DNA of 64,000 bases from Bacteroidota bacterium (GTDB taxonomy: Bacteria; Bacteroidota; Bacteroidia; Bacteroidales; VadinHA17): assembly GCA_022703405.1 (NCBI GenBank), contig JAKLDT010000001.1, forward strand, positions 1,523 through 65,522, in the 5' to 3' direction. The first letter of the stretch is position 1. Every line of letters begins with the position of its first letter. The notes under the pieces are model-generated. The model searched no databases and was not told the DNA's origin. It saw nothing but the letters and a program-made list of their open reading frames with translations. A program made the position numbers and the translations under genes. Below, in pieces: positions 1-9,164 of this stretch.

Positions 1-3000
1 AGCGATTCTTTCTGGAAAAATATATTCATATCCATTCTGCTGATCATGATATTGTTGAAGATATTCATTTGAGATTTGAGCGGTTATAAATTGCTTTTCA
101 TCCAATGTTGCAGTTATATTCAGAGTAGAAAGGCTAAGACTAATCAATTGACGGACTGTTTGTTCGAAATAGGGATCATTACGAAGTACTCCGCTGTTGA
201 GAAGAACCTTATCATCTATTACTGATTTTATAGAGTTTAAAGTATCACATATCTCAGTTTCACGCTTGGAAATTAAACCGCGTAATACTACTCGCTTATG
301 CACTCGGGCTAACTTTTCATCATTATTGTACACCTGCTTCAATTTAGCGTTCCGACGGTTTATTTCCCGGATTTTTTCCATTATGCCATCCATATATTTT
401 ATGCGGTCTTTAGCCTCTTGTGCAGTGGATGGTTCAATATTTTTATCCTTAAAGTATTCTCGAAACATTTTTGCTAAGGATATGAATTCCTCATCTGTTT
501 GATCAAAGTTCAAGTTGAATTCCCTCCAGGTACGCTGCCAGCATTCAGTATAATCATCACTTAACATCCGTAATTCTTCCTCTTTAACTTTTACAAATGA
601 GAAAGTAATTGTAGCCATTGCTTCATTGATAAGACCATTTATAGTATCCTGATTTTGCATTGAATTTTTAAGGTTCACTGTATCAAGCCTATGAGAAACC
701 TCACTATATAGCTCATTGACCTTAGAAATCGCAAATTTTGAAAATTGGTCTTTCAATTCCTGATCACCAAATGTCCGTACGACATTAGCCAGACTCTTAG
801 CCTGCTCAAGTGATTTCTTAATAGTCAGAAGGGTTTCCCGATCATTAATTTCATTAATCTGTTGAGAGAATTCCTCAGCATTGGTGCAACTATAGCCAAA
901 GAGGACTTCCTTAATATCCTTCATTTGTTCTATAATTTCATCGTTACTTTCAAATAAACCGGAGTAAGTTTCTATATTCTCCTCTCCTACCTCTTTTTTT
1001 AATTCTCTTAAATAGGCCTCATTTGTAGCGTCAAAAGCATCTTTAATATCTGCAAAATCAACAATGTAACCATATTTGAAATTATTGAAGGGCCTATTAA
1101 CTCGGGTGAGAGCTTGTAAAAGATTGTGATCTTTGATTTTTCGACCAAGATAGAGCTTCTTCAATCTTGGAGAATCAAAGCCTGTCAACAACATAATATT
1201 GACAATCAATATGTCAACTGATGCTTTCTTCTTGAAATCTTCAATATATCCTTTCCTGGTCTCCTTATCATCTTCATCATGCAAAATGAGTGCGCATTTC
1301 AGATGATGTTGATTCTGTTTATCATTGAAAATTTTGAACATAGTCCTTGCCTGCAGATTTGAGTCACAGACTATCATACCAGCAATTGAATTATCCCCAA
1401 AGTAAATCCGGCTTCTAATCAGATCTGCTGTAATATAGTCAAGTAAGGCTTCCACATAACGAGGATCAGCTATTATACGATCTTTCTTGATGTCACTACG
1501 CTTCAGCTGAACCTCCTCAAGTACCTTTTCAATCTCCATGCGATAATTGCTTTCTATATCCTCTCGCATTAACTTTAAGGTGTACCCGTCAGCAATTGAT
1601 TGGTTGTAGTAATATGTGTCAATGTAATCGCCAAATATCTTGCAGGAGTTCTTTTCATCCCCAATGAGAGGTGTCCCAGTCAAGGCAATTTTTATGGCAT
1701 TCGGATCAGAGTCAAACAAGTTAGCGAGGAAGCAACCATCCGGTTTATATCCTCTATGTGCTTCGTCAAGAAAATAAATGCGCTGAATGTTAATTGCGTA
1801 TTCATCCATTCTTACTTTGTGCTGATCTTCCTTAAACTTTTGGATGTTCACCACAGTTATTTCTGATTTTCCCTGCTGATTAAAAATGGAAGTTTGAGAA
1901 CGAAATTGCTCCATCAATTCAATTCTGTCGTTAACAGTATTTACTGTCAACCCTCGTTCTTCAAATTCTATCTTAGCCTGAGTAAGTAAGTCAATCCTAT
2001 CAACAATAAAATAGAACTTGGGAACAATAGGATTAGGAAGAGAGGCATAATAATCAGTCAAATACTTGACATTATAAAAGGCGAGAGCAGTTTTTCCACT
2101 TCCCTGAGTATGCCATATTATGCCAGATCTTACACCTTCTGACAACTTCCTTTTTAGTGCCAGCGTTGCGAACATTTGCTGATAACGCATTATATGCTTT
2201 TGAAGTACCTGAATATCGACCCCATCAATTTCTGTTTTTGTATCGACATAAGCAATCGCATAACGAATAATAAAAAGGAATCTCTCCTTACTAAACAGTG
2301 ACGTTATTAACCGATTTGTAGGAGTATTTACATTCTTGTTTGTCTGGTATTCGGGAGTATGTTTTATGACTGTTGCATTATTATCTGTTAGAATATAATA
2401 CTCAGTGGGGTCTTCTAATGTTAGATAGTGATAATCCTTGTAAAAATCAGCTTTGCTTTCCTCATACTTAGCTACTTTTTCTCTGAAACAATTAAATATA
2501 GCTTTGTCTTTAGCATTGGTACAATAGAAGGCCCCTTGAATCGGAACAATTGATTCGTTGTCATACTCCATATTGTTTGAAAAAAGCAGAACCTGTGACA
2601 GGTTTAGAAATCGACGAAATTTTCGATTTTTAAACCTCACATTGATTCTATCTCTTTCTGCCAGGATCCCTTCTTTATTATTAGGTTTCTTAACCTCTAT
2701 GAATGCAAGTGGCAAACCATTAATATACAGTGATATGTCAGGACGGAACTCATCTTCTCCATTTTTACAGGTAAATTCAGTTGTACATACAAAATCATTA
2801 TTTTCTACATTCTCAAAGTCAATGAGCTTAATGCCTGAATTCGTTGATAATATGCTGTAAAATTCTCTTCCTAAATCATCATTATCCAGAATAATCTTGA
2901 GTTTATCAATGAACTGATCTATTTCAATTGCTCTGAGTGAAGGGTTGAATTGATGAAGTTTGCTCTTCAGAACACTGATATTTATATTCGTGTCTGTATC

Positions 3001-3102
3001 ACAAATATCCTTAAGCTCTTTTTCTGATACATACTTATAACCCAATCGGCATAAATGAGTTAATGCTGGAATTTTGACACGTGAGTTCTCGTTAAAAGCC
3101 AT
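1..3102 (-). CDS. hsdR: Type I restriction enzyme R subunit (HsdR); the C-terminal end runs off the left window edge
   Basis: Minus-strand frame is open from the ATG at 3102 to position 1 (1034 codons, no stop, so it is absent from the supplied track). My translation shows PD-(D/E)xK nuclease motif PDISLYINGLPLAFIEVKK, Walker A TQGSGKT, DEAH box, LTGTP, LLTGFDSP and QALTRVNR, in the order typical of HsdR helicase-nucleases. Confidence 0.9.
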   Translation of the reverse strand, partial: MAFNENSRVKIPALTHLCRLGYKYVSEKELKDICDTDTNINISVLKSKLHQFNPSLRAIEIDQFIDKLKIILDNDDLGREFYSILSTNSGIKLIDFENVENNDFVCTTEFTCKNGEDEFRPDISLYINGLPLAFIEVKKPNNKEGILAERDRINVRFKNRKFRRFLNLSQVLLFSNNMEYDNESIVPIQGAFYCTNAKDKAIFNCFREKVAKYEESKADFYKDYHYLTLEDPTEYYILTDNNATVIKHTPEYQTNKNVNTPTNRLITSLFSKERFLFIIRYAIAYVDTKTEIDGVDIQVLQKHIMRYQQMFATLALKRKLSEGVRSGIIWHTQGSGKTALAFYNVKYLTDYYASLPNPIVPKFYFIVDRIDLLTQAKIEFEERGLTVNTVNDRIELMEQFRSQTSIFNQQGKSEITVVNIQKFKEDQHKVRMDEYAINIQRIYFLDEAHRGYKPDGCFLANLFDSDPNAIKIALTGTPLIGDEKNSCKIFGDYIDTYYYNQSIADGYTLKLMREDIESNYRMEIEKVLEEVQLKRSDIKKDRIIADPRYVEALLDYITADLIRSRIYFGDNSIAGMIVCDSNLQARTMFKIFNDKQNQHHLKCALILHDEDDKETRKGYIEDFKKKASVDILIVNIMLLTGFDSPRLKKLYLGRKIKDHNLLQALTRVNRPFNNFKYGYIVDFADIKDAFDATNEAYLRELKKEVGEENIETYSGLFESNDEIIEQMKDIKEVLFGYSCTNAEEFSQQINEINDRETLLTIKKSLEQAKSLANVVRTFGDQELKDQFSKFAISKVNELYSEVSHRLDTVNLKNSMQNQDTINGLINEAMATITFSFVKVKEEELRMLSDDYTECWQRTWREFNLNFDQTDEEFISLAKMFREYFKDKNIEPSTAQEAKDRIKYMDGIMEKIREINRRNAKLKQVYNNDEKLARVHKRVVLRGLISKRETEICDTLNSIKSVIDDKVLLNSGVLRNDPYFEQTVRQLISLSLSTLNITATLDEKQFITAQISNEYLQQYHDQQNGYEYIFPERIA

Positions 3103-3145
3103 ATAAATCCGATTGTATAAAAGAAGTATGAAATTAATTAAAATA

Positions 3146-3179
3146 ATAAGATATTTAAATTCATCAGACAATATCTTAT
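3146..3179. promoter_or_regulatory. Perfect 10-bp inverted repeat in the hsdR upstream region (possible operator)
   Basis: ATAAGATATT (3146-3155) and AATATCTTAT (3170-3179) are exact reverse complements with a 14-bp spacer. They lie 44-77 nt upstream of the hsdR ATG. Confidence 0.3.
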
Positions 3180-3276
3180 GTTAAAGTATTTACATTGAAA
3201 CAATATTGAAATGAATGAACTGAAATCAGTTAAATCGAATATAGTTCCTAAAACAATCGCTTGACAGGACCGGCAG

Positions 3277-3307
3277 AAAAAAAAGAGAGCACAAAACTCT
3301 CTTTTTT
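3277..3307 (-). terminator. Intrinsic terminator after the 152-aa ORF, isolating hsdR transcriptionally
   Basis: AAAAAAGAGAG / CTCTCTTTTTT stem with a 7-nt loop, directly after the stop at 3312. T-runs are present on both strands. Confidence 0.7.
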
Positions 3308-3311
3308 GGTC

Positions 3312-3770
3312 TCACCTGAGCGAAACTTCAGTAACTCCATACTTCTCTCGGATAATTTCAAGTGGTACCGGAGCCTGATTACTGGATCTGTGTTCATCCT
3401 GCCTGTAATACCAGGACATTTTGTTCGCTGAATACCTGAATCCAAGTTCTTTCAGGGTATCCTTAACCTGGAAGGTCCTCCCGGAGCACCAAAGCCATAA
3501 TCCGCATATCTCCAGGTGTAATCCCTCTGGATTAAGTCGCCCCTGTAGCTCTTTGATCTTCTCAGCAACAGTGGCTCTTTCCTTTACTACTTCTGCAGTA
3601 TCAACCGGCTCCTCTGACTGAGCTGGTGTAAGAACATTCATTAAAGTAGAATACTCAGTCCTAATTACTCTGAGCATCTCTTCCTGGCCGGTGAAAACTT
3701 TTGTAAGTTCATCGAAACGAAGTTGAACCTCTGCTGAAGAAGTGCAACCATAGAATAAATTACTTTTCAT
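3312..3770 (-). CDS. Hypothetical mobile-element protein with a W-rich C-terminal motif
   Basis: 152-aa ORF directly downstream of radC with its own terminator. The C-terminus reads ICGLWLWCSGRTFQVKDTLKELGFRYSANKMSWYY. I recall similar tails on degenerate J-domain-like proteins of plasmids and conjugative elements, but I cannot verify this. Confidence 0.5.
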   Translation of the reverse strand: MKSNLFYGCTSSAEVQLRFDELTKVFTGQEEMLRVIRTEYSTLMNVLTPAQSEEPVDTAEVVKERATVAEKIKELQGRLNPEGLHLEICGLWLWCSGRTFQVKDTLKELGFRYSANKMSWYYRQDEHRSSNQAPVPLEIIREKYGVTEVSLR

Positions 3771-3844
3771 AACATGTAAGTTTTAGTTCTGGTTAAGTGA
3801 TAATTGGTTTTAAAAAGTAAGCCATCCGGAGATGGCAAAGTTCT

Positions 3845-4315
3845 TTACAAAAGCCCGTTATCAGCAAAGCTGTAATAGTCATTTTCTGGTGAAAGAATGA
3901 GATGATCCAGTAACTGAATATCCATTATATTGCCAGCCTCTTTGAGCTTCTGAGTAATCCTTGAATCAGATTCACTCGGATTGAGATTGCCTGAGGGATG
4001 GTTATGACATACAATCAATCCTGATGCATTGCTTTTAAGGGCTGCCTGAAGAATGATCCTGACATCAGTTACAGTTCCTGATATCCCACCTTTTGAGATA
4101 GGTAAAAGACCAAGGACAGCATTAGAACGATTCATTAACAGTATCTTGAACTCTTCATAGTATTCAAGTGTACTGTCATTCCAGGACTCTCTGAAGATGT
4201 CATTGGCATCCTTTGAACAGGTTATCTTTTTACGCTGCGATGGAGGAACATTTGATTTGTAAGACAATACTACCTCGGCAACATTAAACATTGATAGTTG
4301 AATAGCGTTTTTCAT
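3845..4315 (-). CDS. radC: RadC-like JAB/MPN domain protein
   Basis: VCHNHPSGNLNPSESD matches the HxHPSG...SxxD JAB metalloprotease signature of RadC-family proteins. A terminator-like hairpin GCCATC-CGGA-GATGGC follows at about 3822-3837. Confidence 0.9.
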   Translation of the reverse strand: MKNAIQLSMFNVAEVVLSYKSNVPPSQRKKITCSKDANDIFRESWNDSTLEYYEEFKILLMNRSNAVLGLLPISKGGISGTVTDVRIILQAALKSNASGLIVCHNHPSGNLNPSESDSRITQKLKEAGNIMDIQLLDHLILSPENDYYSFADNGLL

Positions 4316-4927
4316 GATGAAACAGTTTTAAGTTTCAAAACATGAATAATTCGATGCCTCCGGATTATATATTGGGGCCCCAACTGGAACCTCAAAACAT
4401 ACCCCCCCGGTCGTTTTCTCTGCCCTACCCATTAAAGTCGTACACATTAGGTCATGGAGGCGGACCCGATAACACTGCAGACTATAGTAGCATTTAAGAA
4501 ATAAAATATGACACGGATCAACTTTAGAATTAACAAAATAACACCCCCCCGAAAACATCTATCTTCGAAATGCCATTCTTCAATTTTCCATTGCTGGACT
4601 CAATCGTTCTTTACAATTTCATCAGAAACAAGCCTGGGTTGAGCGTTTGAACGAAACCCTAAACTGAGTCTTGGAGTGCTGGAATATGAGATCTGCTATG
4701 ATTGCTTGACAGGCCAGTTAGCGGCAATTTGAGCTACTGCTTATTTCAATGTGTGTGCGTGGAAGGAAGAAGTTTCAGGCTTAGCTGCGCGGCTACTTTA
4801 TATAAAAATAGTTATAGGGCCAAAGGCCGTAGCACGAAGTGACTATAACTCTTTTTATGTAAACGGTAGACTTTGGATTTTGAGGGCTGAAGATAAGGTC
4901 TGAAACTTCTTCGCGCGAGGGCAGAAC
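4316..4927 (-). other. ~610-nt non-coding, GC-enriched block with nested hairpins (candidate structured RNA or ssDNA element)
   Basis: The only ORF is a Cys-rich 76-aa frame (4328-4558). There is a 13-bp perfect inverted repeat (4766-4778 / 4900-4912). It encloses a 14-bp stem (4804-4817 / 4843-4856, 1 mismatch), which encloses GGCC-AAA-GGCC (4818-4828). A C7/G7-containing ~17-nt motif occurs twice (4391-4410, 4533-4552). Confidence 0.35.
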
Positions 4928-5377
4928 TTACTCACAATTATTGGTTGAACTATTTACTTTGTCATCTGGGATATGAAGCACCTTTATGTTATTCAAAAGG
5001 ATTTTTCCAGTTCTCTCCTGGACTGTATTTATGATCTTCCTATGATCAAAATTTTTACTCCATTTAAATGAATAAAGTGGATTAACATAGTAGATATTGT
5101 TCTGTGCTCTCAGCATAAGTTCTGCCCTATTTAGCTCAGTTAATGCATTTCTGATTGTTTTTTCAGAATAATTCAGATGCAGGTTATGTTCACAATACTG
5201 AATATAAAAACTCATTCCATGATCACTAAAGTAGACCAGATTATCTTCTGGCCTCATAAAGGTCACAAAAACATCTAATAGATTTCTGGCTGAGGAGGAG
5301 AGTTTTGTTGTTTGCTGAAGATGGTTCGACAGATGTACTGTAGGCCACATTAATTCATTCTGAGATGAGATATTCAT
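4928..5377 (-). CDS. Hypothetical protein (possible winged-helix DNA-binding protein)
   Basis: 149-aa ORF in the unidirectional island gene string. No diagnostic motif recognised. Confidence 0.5.
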   Translation of the reverse strand: MNISSQNELMWPTVHLSNHLQQTTKLSSSARNLLDVFVTFMRPEDNLVYFSDHGMSFYIQYCEHNLHLNYSEKTIRNALTELNRAELMLRAQNNIYYVNPLYSFKWSKNFDHRKIINTVQERTGKILLNNIKVLHIPDDKVNSSTNNCE

Positions 5378-5400
5378 ATGATTACATTTCTATTTAGTTC

Positions 5401-5712
5401 CTACTTCTCTGACTTATTTGAATCAGGTAACTTTTCTAAAATACCTTTATAAATCCTCATTGTCACTCCTAACTCTTTTAATATCTCTTTTTCCCCCATT
5501 CCGGGAATAGTCTCTACAATAAAAAATACTTCCCCATTACCAATAGCTACGAATTTCTCTTCTGACTTTTTCTTCTGCTTTTTGGTGTTTAGGTTTGCTG
5601 GCTTTAAATGTTCCCTGATTTCAGGAGAATTCAGATTCTCTTTCTTTTTCATTACTTTTTTACTTTTAGATTTTATAATTATTATTTCTGTGCCGCAGAT
5701 ACTTACTCTCAT
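5401..5712 (-). CDS. Hypothetical small basic protein
   Basis: 103-aa ORF. The true start is more likely the internal MKKKEN (about 5652). It has a Lys-rich N-terminus and a possible HTH near the C-terminus (EKEILKELGVTMRIYKGIL). Confidence 0.45.
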   Translation of the reverse strand: MRVSICGTEIIIIKSKSKKVMKKKENLNSPEIREHLKPANLNTKKQKKKSEEKFVAIGNGEVFFIVETIPGMGEKEILKELGVTMRIYKGILEKLPDSNKSEK

Positions 5713-5730
5713 CTGAATATTATATATCTA

Positions 5731-6507
5731 CTAAAGCCAATCATCTTTTATACTTTTTGCATCAATTGTTTCATTTTCTATAAATTGATCATACTTCTCC
5801 GGCATTTCTACTTTTTCCCTGGAAATGGTAAAAACTTTTTCATCCTGCATATTTGGATCATCATCAATTTCAGATTGAAATTCTTCTTCTAACAGATATT
5901 GTGACTTTGAAATTTCACTTATTACTTTCCCTAATCTTTCTCTTGTTTCTGGATCTATTCCTTGACCTGTATCCATCATCTGGATTTGATCTTGCTCAGA
6001 ATCTTCATTCTTATTAGCAGATAATGGATTTAGCTCAGATATTTCTTTATTGTTATTATTTGTTGTATCCTTTATATCCTCAATATCCTTTATATCATTT
6101 CCTTTATATATAGCACCATTCTTAAATGCGTTTGGATTGCTGTCGCAATCGATTAAAAGATCATTTGATTTTTTACTCCATCTTTTTATTGCTGATTGTC
6201 TTGCAGATTCGGTTTTCTTCTTTCGAACCTCGAGTCTTCTTTCAATACTTTGTGAGCTAAAAAAGTCATTCTTGATAACGAATAGATCAAAATCATTTAC
6301 TATACTTTTAACTATGTCATCATCCGTCCGCAAATCAAATGCAATGTCATCATAGTCCGTTCGCATTGCGTTTGCATTATTATATAAATCCTCAACAATG
6401 GACCAGAATATTCCATATCCAGTCATTCCATACTTCTTAAGAAGTCTCTTTATCTTTTCATCAGTTCTTGCATTGTAGTCATGCGAAAAATAATACGTCT
6501 CTTTCAT
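5731..6507 (-). CDS. DUF4373-like (Lin1244/Lin1753-type, replisome-organiser-like) protein
   Basis: From the internal start MKETYYFSHDYNARTDEKIKRLLKKYGMTGYGIFWSIVEDLY, which resembles the N-terminal DUF4373 signature (YFxHDxNAxxDxK...GYGxYW). The track ORF extends to 6585, but that N-terminal extension looks non-native. Confidence 0.6.
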   Translation of the reverse strand: MKETYYFSHDYNARTDEKIKRLLKKYGMTGYGIFWSIVEDLYNNANAMRTDYDDIAFDLRTDDDIVKSIVNDFDLFVIKNDFFSSQSIERRLEVRKKKTESARQSAIKRWSKKSNDLLIDCDSNPNAFKNGAIYKGNDIKDIEDIKDTTNNNNKEISELNPLSANKNEDSEQDQIQMMDTGQGIDPETRERLGKVISEISKSQYLLEEEFQSEIDDDPNMQDEKVFTISREKVEMPEKYDQFIENETIDAKSIKDDWL

Positions 6508-6592
6508 ATTCCTGGCTTTTAAAGGCATCCATCCGGGATTATCAGGAACCTGACTTGCGGTCAGGCGTCCCGGATGGTGCCTCATATTGTTA

Positions 6593-6874
6593 TTATTCTG
6601 TCCTTAATCTTTTATATTTGAGAGTCGTTGCGTCCTGAATGGCAGCTTTAATATCAGATTCGAGATACAACATTCTTGTGCCAATTTTACTTCCCTTTAT
6701 TATGCCTTTTTTAGTATAGGTATTTAAAGTTGGCATACTGACCTTAAGAATTGTACATACCTCTTCTCGGGAGAGATACTTTAGATCAATATCCTCTTTC
6801 TTGAGGTTAAGGTCGATCAGCCGGTTTTCAATGCTGGTCAGCCTTAAGTTAATTTCTTCAAATGGATTTGACAT
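6593..6874 (-). CDS. Excisionase/MerR-type helix-turn-helix DNA-binding protein
   Basis: LSREEVCTILKVSMPTLNTYTKKGIIKGSKIGTRMLY is typical of HTH_17/excisionase-family proteins. It lies two genes from the integrase. Confidence 0.7.
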   Translation of the reverse strand: MSNPFEEINLRLTSIENRLIDLNLKKEDIDLKYLSREEVCTILKVSMPTLNTYTKKGIIKGSKIGTRMLYLESDIKAAIQDATTLKYKRLRTE

Positions 6875-6943
6875 ATTGCAACAGGTTTAAATTCTGGTGC
6901 AATTTATTATCAGGGAAATCCGGTTACTGGTTATTTCTGGTAA

Positions 6944-7651
6944 CTATTTTTTAAATATATCATTCTCAATATTGAATTTTAGCTTCATTAGATCTTTTTC
7001 AGCACGGTCTTTTGCATCCCCGGAGAGTTCTTTTATGACTTTCTCAAATAGTTTTATTTTATTCTTATTCTTTAATTCTGAACTTTCAGCACCTATTCTA
7101 TCAATCAGATTAACATACCCCAGATAAATTATATATAGTTTGCCTTTACCTTTTTTAATAATCTCATTTCTATAAATAGACAATAAAGCAAGTTCAGCAT
7201 TTGTCTTTTGTCCTTTAAGGTAATTATTTAACCACAATAGATATCTACAATAGACTAAAGCTAAACTATAGAAAAGTCTTCTATCTGTTAAATAATCTGG
7301 CACAAAATCATTTAGCTTATAAAACCAATCATCCCAGTCATTTTCTTCTAATTCATCAATATTATTATTGTTTACAATAAAATGAATCCAGAACTTTCTA
7401 ATCAACCATATCTGCATACTGTTGAACTCTGGAACTGAATAATCTTCAAGCGGTTCGTCATCGTGTGAAAGTATTGGTAAGGGCAACTTATCCTCATCAA
7501 AAAGTAATGAATAGCCCTTGATTTCCCTTGCTAAGAGTTCTTTCTTTCCTCTACTATTTTGATACCTGACGTTAAAATCATCCTTTAATTTCTGAAGTCT
7601 TATGGCTTCATCTTTAGTCAAAATAATATCTTCAATGCTCATATCATACAA
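6944..7651 (-). CDS. Hypothetical protein, overlaps the integrase stop by 8 nt
   Basis: 235-aa ORF. Its start overlaps the end of the integrase gene (7644-7651), which suggests co-transcription. No recognisable motif. Confidence 0.55.
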   Translation of the reverse strand: MYDMSIEDIILTKDEAIRLQKLKDDFNVRYQNSRGKKELLAREIKGYSLLFDEDKLPLPILSHDDEPLEDYSVPEFNSMQIWLIRKFWIHFIVNNNNIDELEENDWDDWFYKLNDFVPDYLTDRRLFYSLALVYCRYLLWLNNYLKGQKTNAELALLSIYRNEIIKKGKGKLYIIYLGYVNLIDRIGAESSELKNKNKIKLFEKVIKELSGDAKDRAEKDLMKLKFNIENDIFKK

Positions 7652-8987
7652 CTTTTAATTTTGTTTTGAAATATGGATGATTAGCAAGTTTTACGGCAGT
7701 CTCTTCTTTACTTATCCGAACATATTTCAAGAATTCTTTTGGTGTCCGGTGTCCACTGATCTTCATAATGTCTACTATTGGAATTCCAGCGAGATACATA
7801 AGGGTGACTCCAGTGCGTCTTGCACAATGAGTTGATATCAAATCACATTTCTTTACATTTAATTTTTTAATCATCCCACCTTTGTTCTTTTCGGTATGAA
7901 TCAACTCAGTAATCCCTGCTTTGGCTCCGATCTTTTTAATTGCTTTATTAACCTTTTGTTCGAATGACTTGGGTAAGTTGTAATCATATCTTTGAAGAAT
8001 TACTTCTAATTCTGGTCGGATTGGGATGATACATTTTTCACCAGTCTTCTTTTGAATCAATTCAATGTACTTTGTTCCACTAATTTCTTTAATGTTTGAT
8101 TTATTCAGTTTTGAGTAATCAGAATATCGTTGAGCGGTATAGCAGCCTGCAAGGAATACATCACGTACTTCCTGGTAGTGCTTATTATCACTTAGATCCA
8201 ACTCATAAAGGTTCTTCAACTCTGACTCAGTTAAATAAATGTGTTCCACTTCCTCAGACAGGGTTTTAAAGGCCTTTCTTTCTATTTCCATATTGCTGTG
8301 CAGACCTTCTTCCCTGGCAGATCTCATTATGGTTTTAAAACTCTTTATGTGTTTTCCAATATAGTTGGATCCACATCCACGTCCATAAAAGAATTCAACA
8401 AATTCATTGTAGATATCAATTGATATATCATTCCAATTCAGTGGCTTATAAGGCCTTTGGGGATATACTTTGGCTCCCTTACGTGGTTTAATGCCTTCAT
8501 TCTCTATGCCCTGGAATGTATTGAAGGTCAACATAAACCCCCTTAGAACCCGTAGTGAGCCATAACTATATTTCTTTTTAGTGTTCCCGGAATTAGCAAG
8601 GCGTTTTCCACTTGTTGCCTCATCCACAAACCTTTTAATGTATTCGTTCAATGTTTCTATTGAAGCTGGCTCCCTATAGTAGAAATCATCAATTACACCT
8701 TTTAACCATTCAGCCGTTGGTGTGGTAGTCAGTTTAAAAGATTCTCTGAGGATAGCATCTTTAAGCTGTGAAAACTTGTCCTGTATATCTTTAGCCTGGT
8801 CCTGAGTTATTTCCTCAGTAAACAGGATATTGGGCTTAAGTCTTTGAGCCTTTTCATTCCAATATGATGGATAAAGTCTATAAGGAGTTAGGAGGCGGAT
8901 TTTGATGTCAGTACCATCCTGGAAGCAGACATAAACTGAAGCCAGCTTATTCACCTTTGATCGGACATAGAATCTTATGGTTGCCAT
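7644..8987 (-). CDS. Tyrosine site-specific integrase (Bacteroidetes type with N-terminal arm-binding domain)
   Basis: Catalytic-region motifs TAQRYSD, HCARRTGVT, SGHRTPKEFLKYV (R...HxxR...H...Y). The N-terminus MATIRFYVRSKVNKLASVYV is typical of the arm DNA-binding domain of this integrase class. Confidence 0.9.
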   Translation of the reverse strand: MATIRFYVRSKVNKLASVYVCFQDGTDIKIRLLTPYRLYPSYWNEKAQRLKPNILFTEEITQDQAKDIQDKFSQLKDAILRESFKLTTTPTAEWLKGVIDDFYYREPASIETLNEYIKRFVDEATSGKRLANSGNTKKKYSYGSLRVLRGFMLTFNTFQGIENEGIKPRKGAKVYPQRPYKPLNWNDISIDIYNEFVEFFYGRGCGSNYIGKHIKSFKTIMRSAREEGLHSNMEIERKAFKTLSEEVEHIYLTESELKNLYELDLSDNKHYQEVRDVFLAGCYTAQRYSDYSKLNKSNIKEISGTKYIELIQKKTGEKCIIPIRPELEVILQRYDYNLPKSFEQKVNKAIKKIGAKAGITELIHTEKNKGGMIKKLNVKKCDLISTHCARRTGVTLMYLAGIPIVDIMKISGHRTPKEFLKYVRISKEETAVKLANHPYFKTKLKVV

Positions 8988-9018
8988 AGGCTATAATAGT
9001 TTTCACTAAAGATACAAC

Positions 9019-9041
9019 TTGTGTCTATAGTTGTGTCTATA
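9019..9041. repeat. Tandem TTGTGTCTATA x2 (candidate integrase arm-type sites)
   Basis: TTGTGTCTATA at 9019-9029 and 9031-9041. This is 30-50 bp beyond the integrase start and about 130 bp from direct repeat copy A. Confidence 0.4.
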
Positions 9042-9164
9042 ATTGTTTAATATATTTTTCTTTGATTTAACTTCCTTTTATGAAAACAAGGTTCATAAAA
9101 CAGAATACCAGACCATTATGGACTTATAATTAATTTCGGAAATTAAAGCGAATTAAATATTTAG

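Noticed and set aside
4328-4558. 76-aa ORF on the minus strand in the supplied track.
   Set aside because: The composition is Cys-rich and odd. It spans both C7/G7 tracts and has no start context. It sits inside a block whose features are better explained as non-coding structure.
4590-4626. The minus strand contains CUGAUGA followed by a possible 5-bp stem, reminiscent of a hammerhead ribozyme core.
   Set aside because: The sequence after the putative stem II is GAG, not the required GAAA. No stem I/III arrangement or cleavage-site context could be built.
4316-4927. The nested inverted repeats could be a retron msr/msd.
   Set aside because: There is no reverse transcriptase gene anywhere in the window, and the downstream gene is radC.
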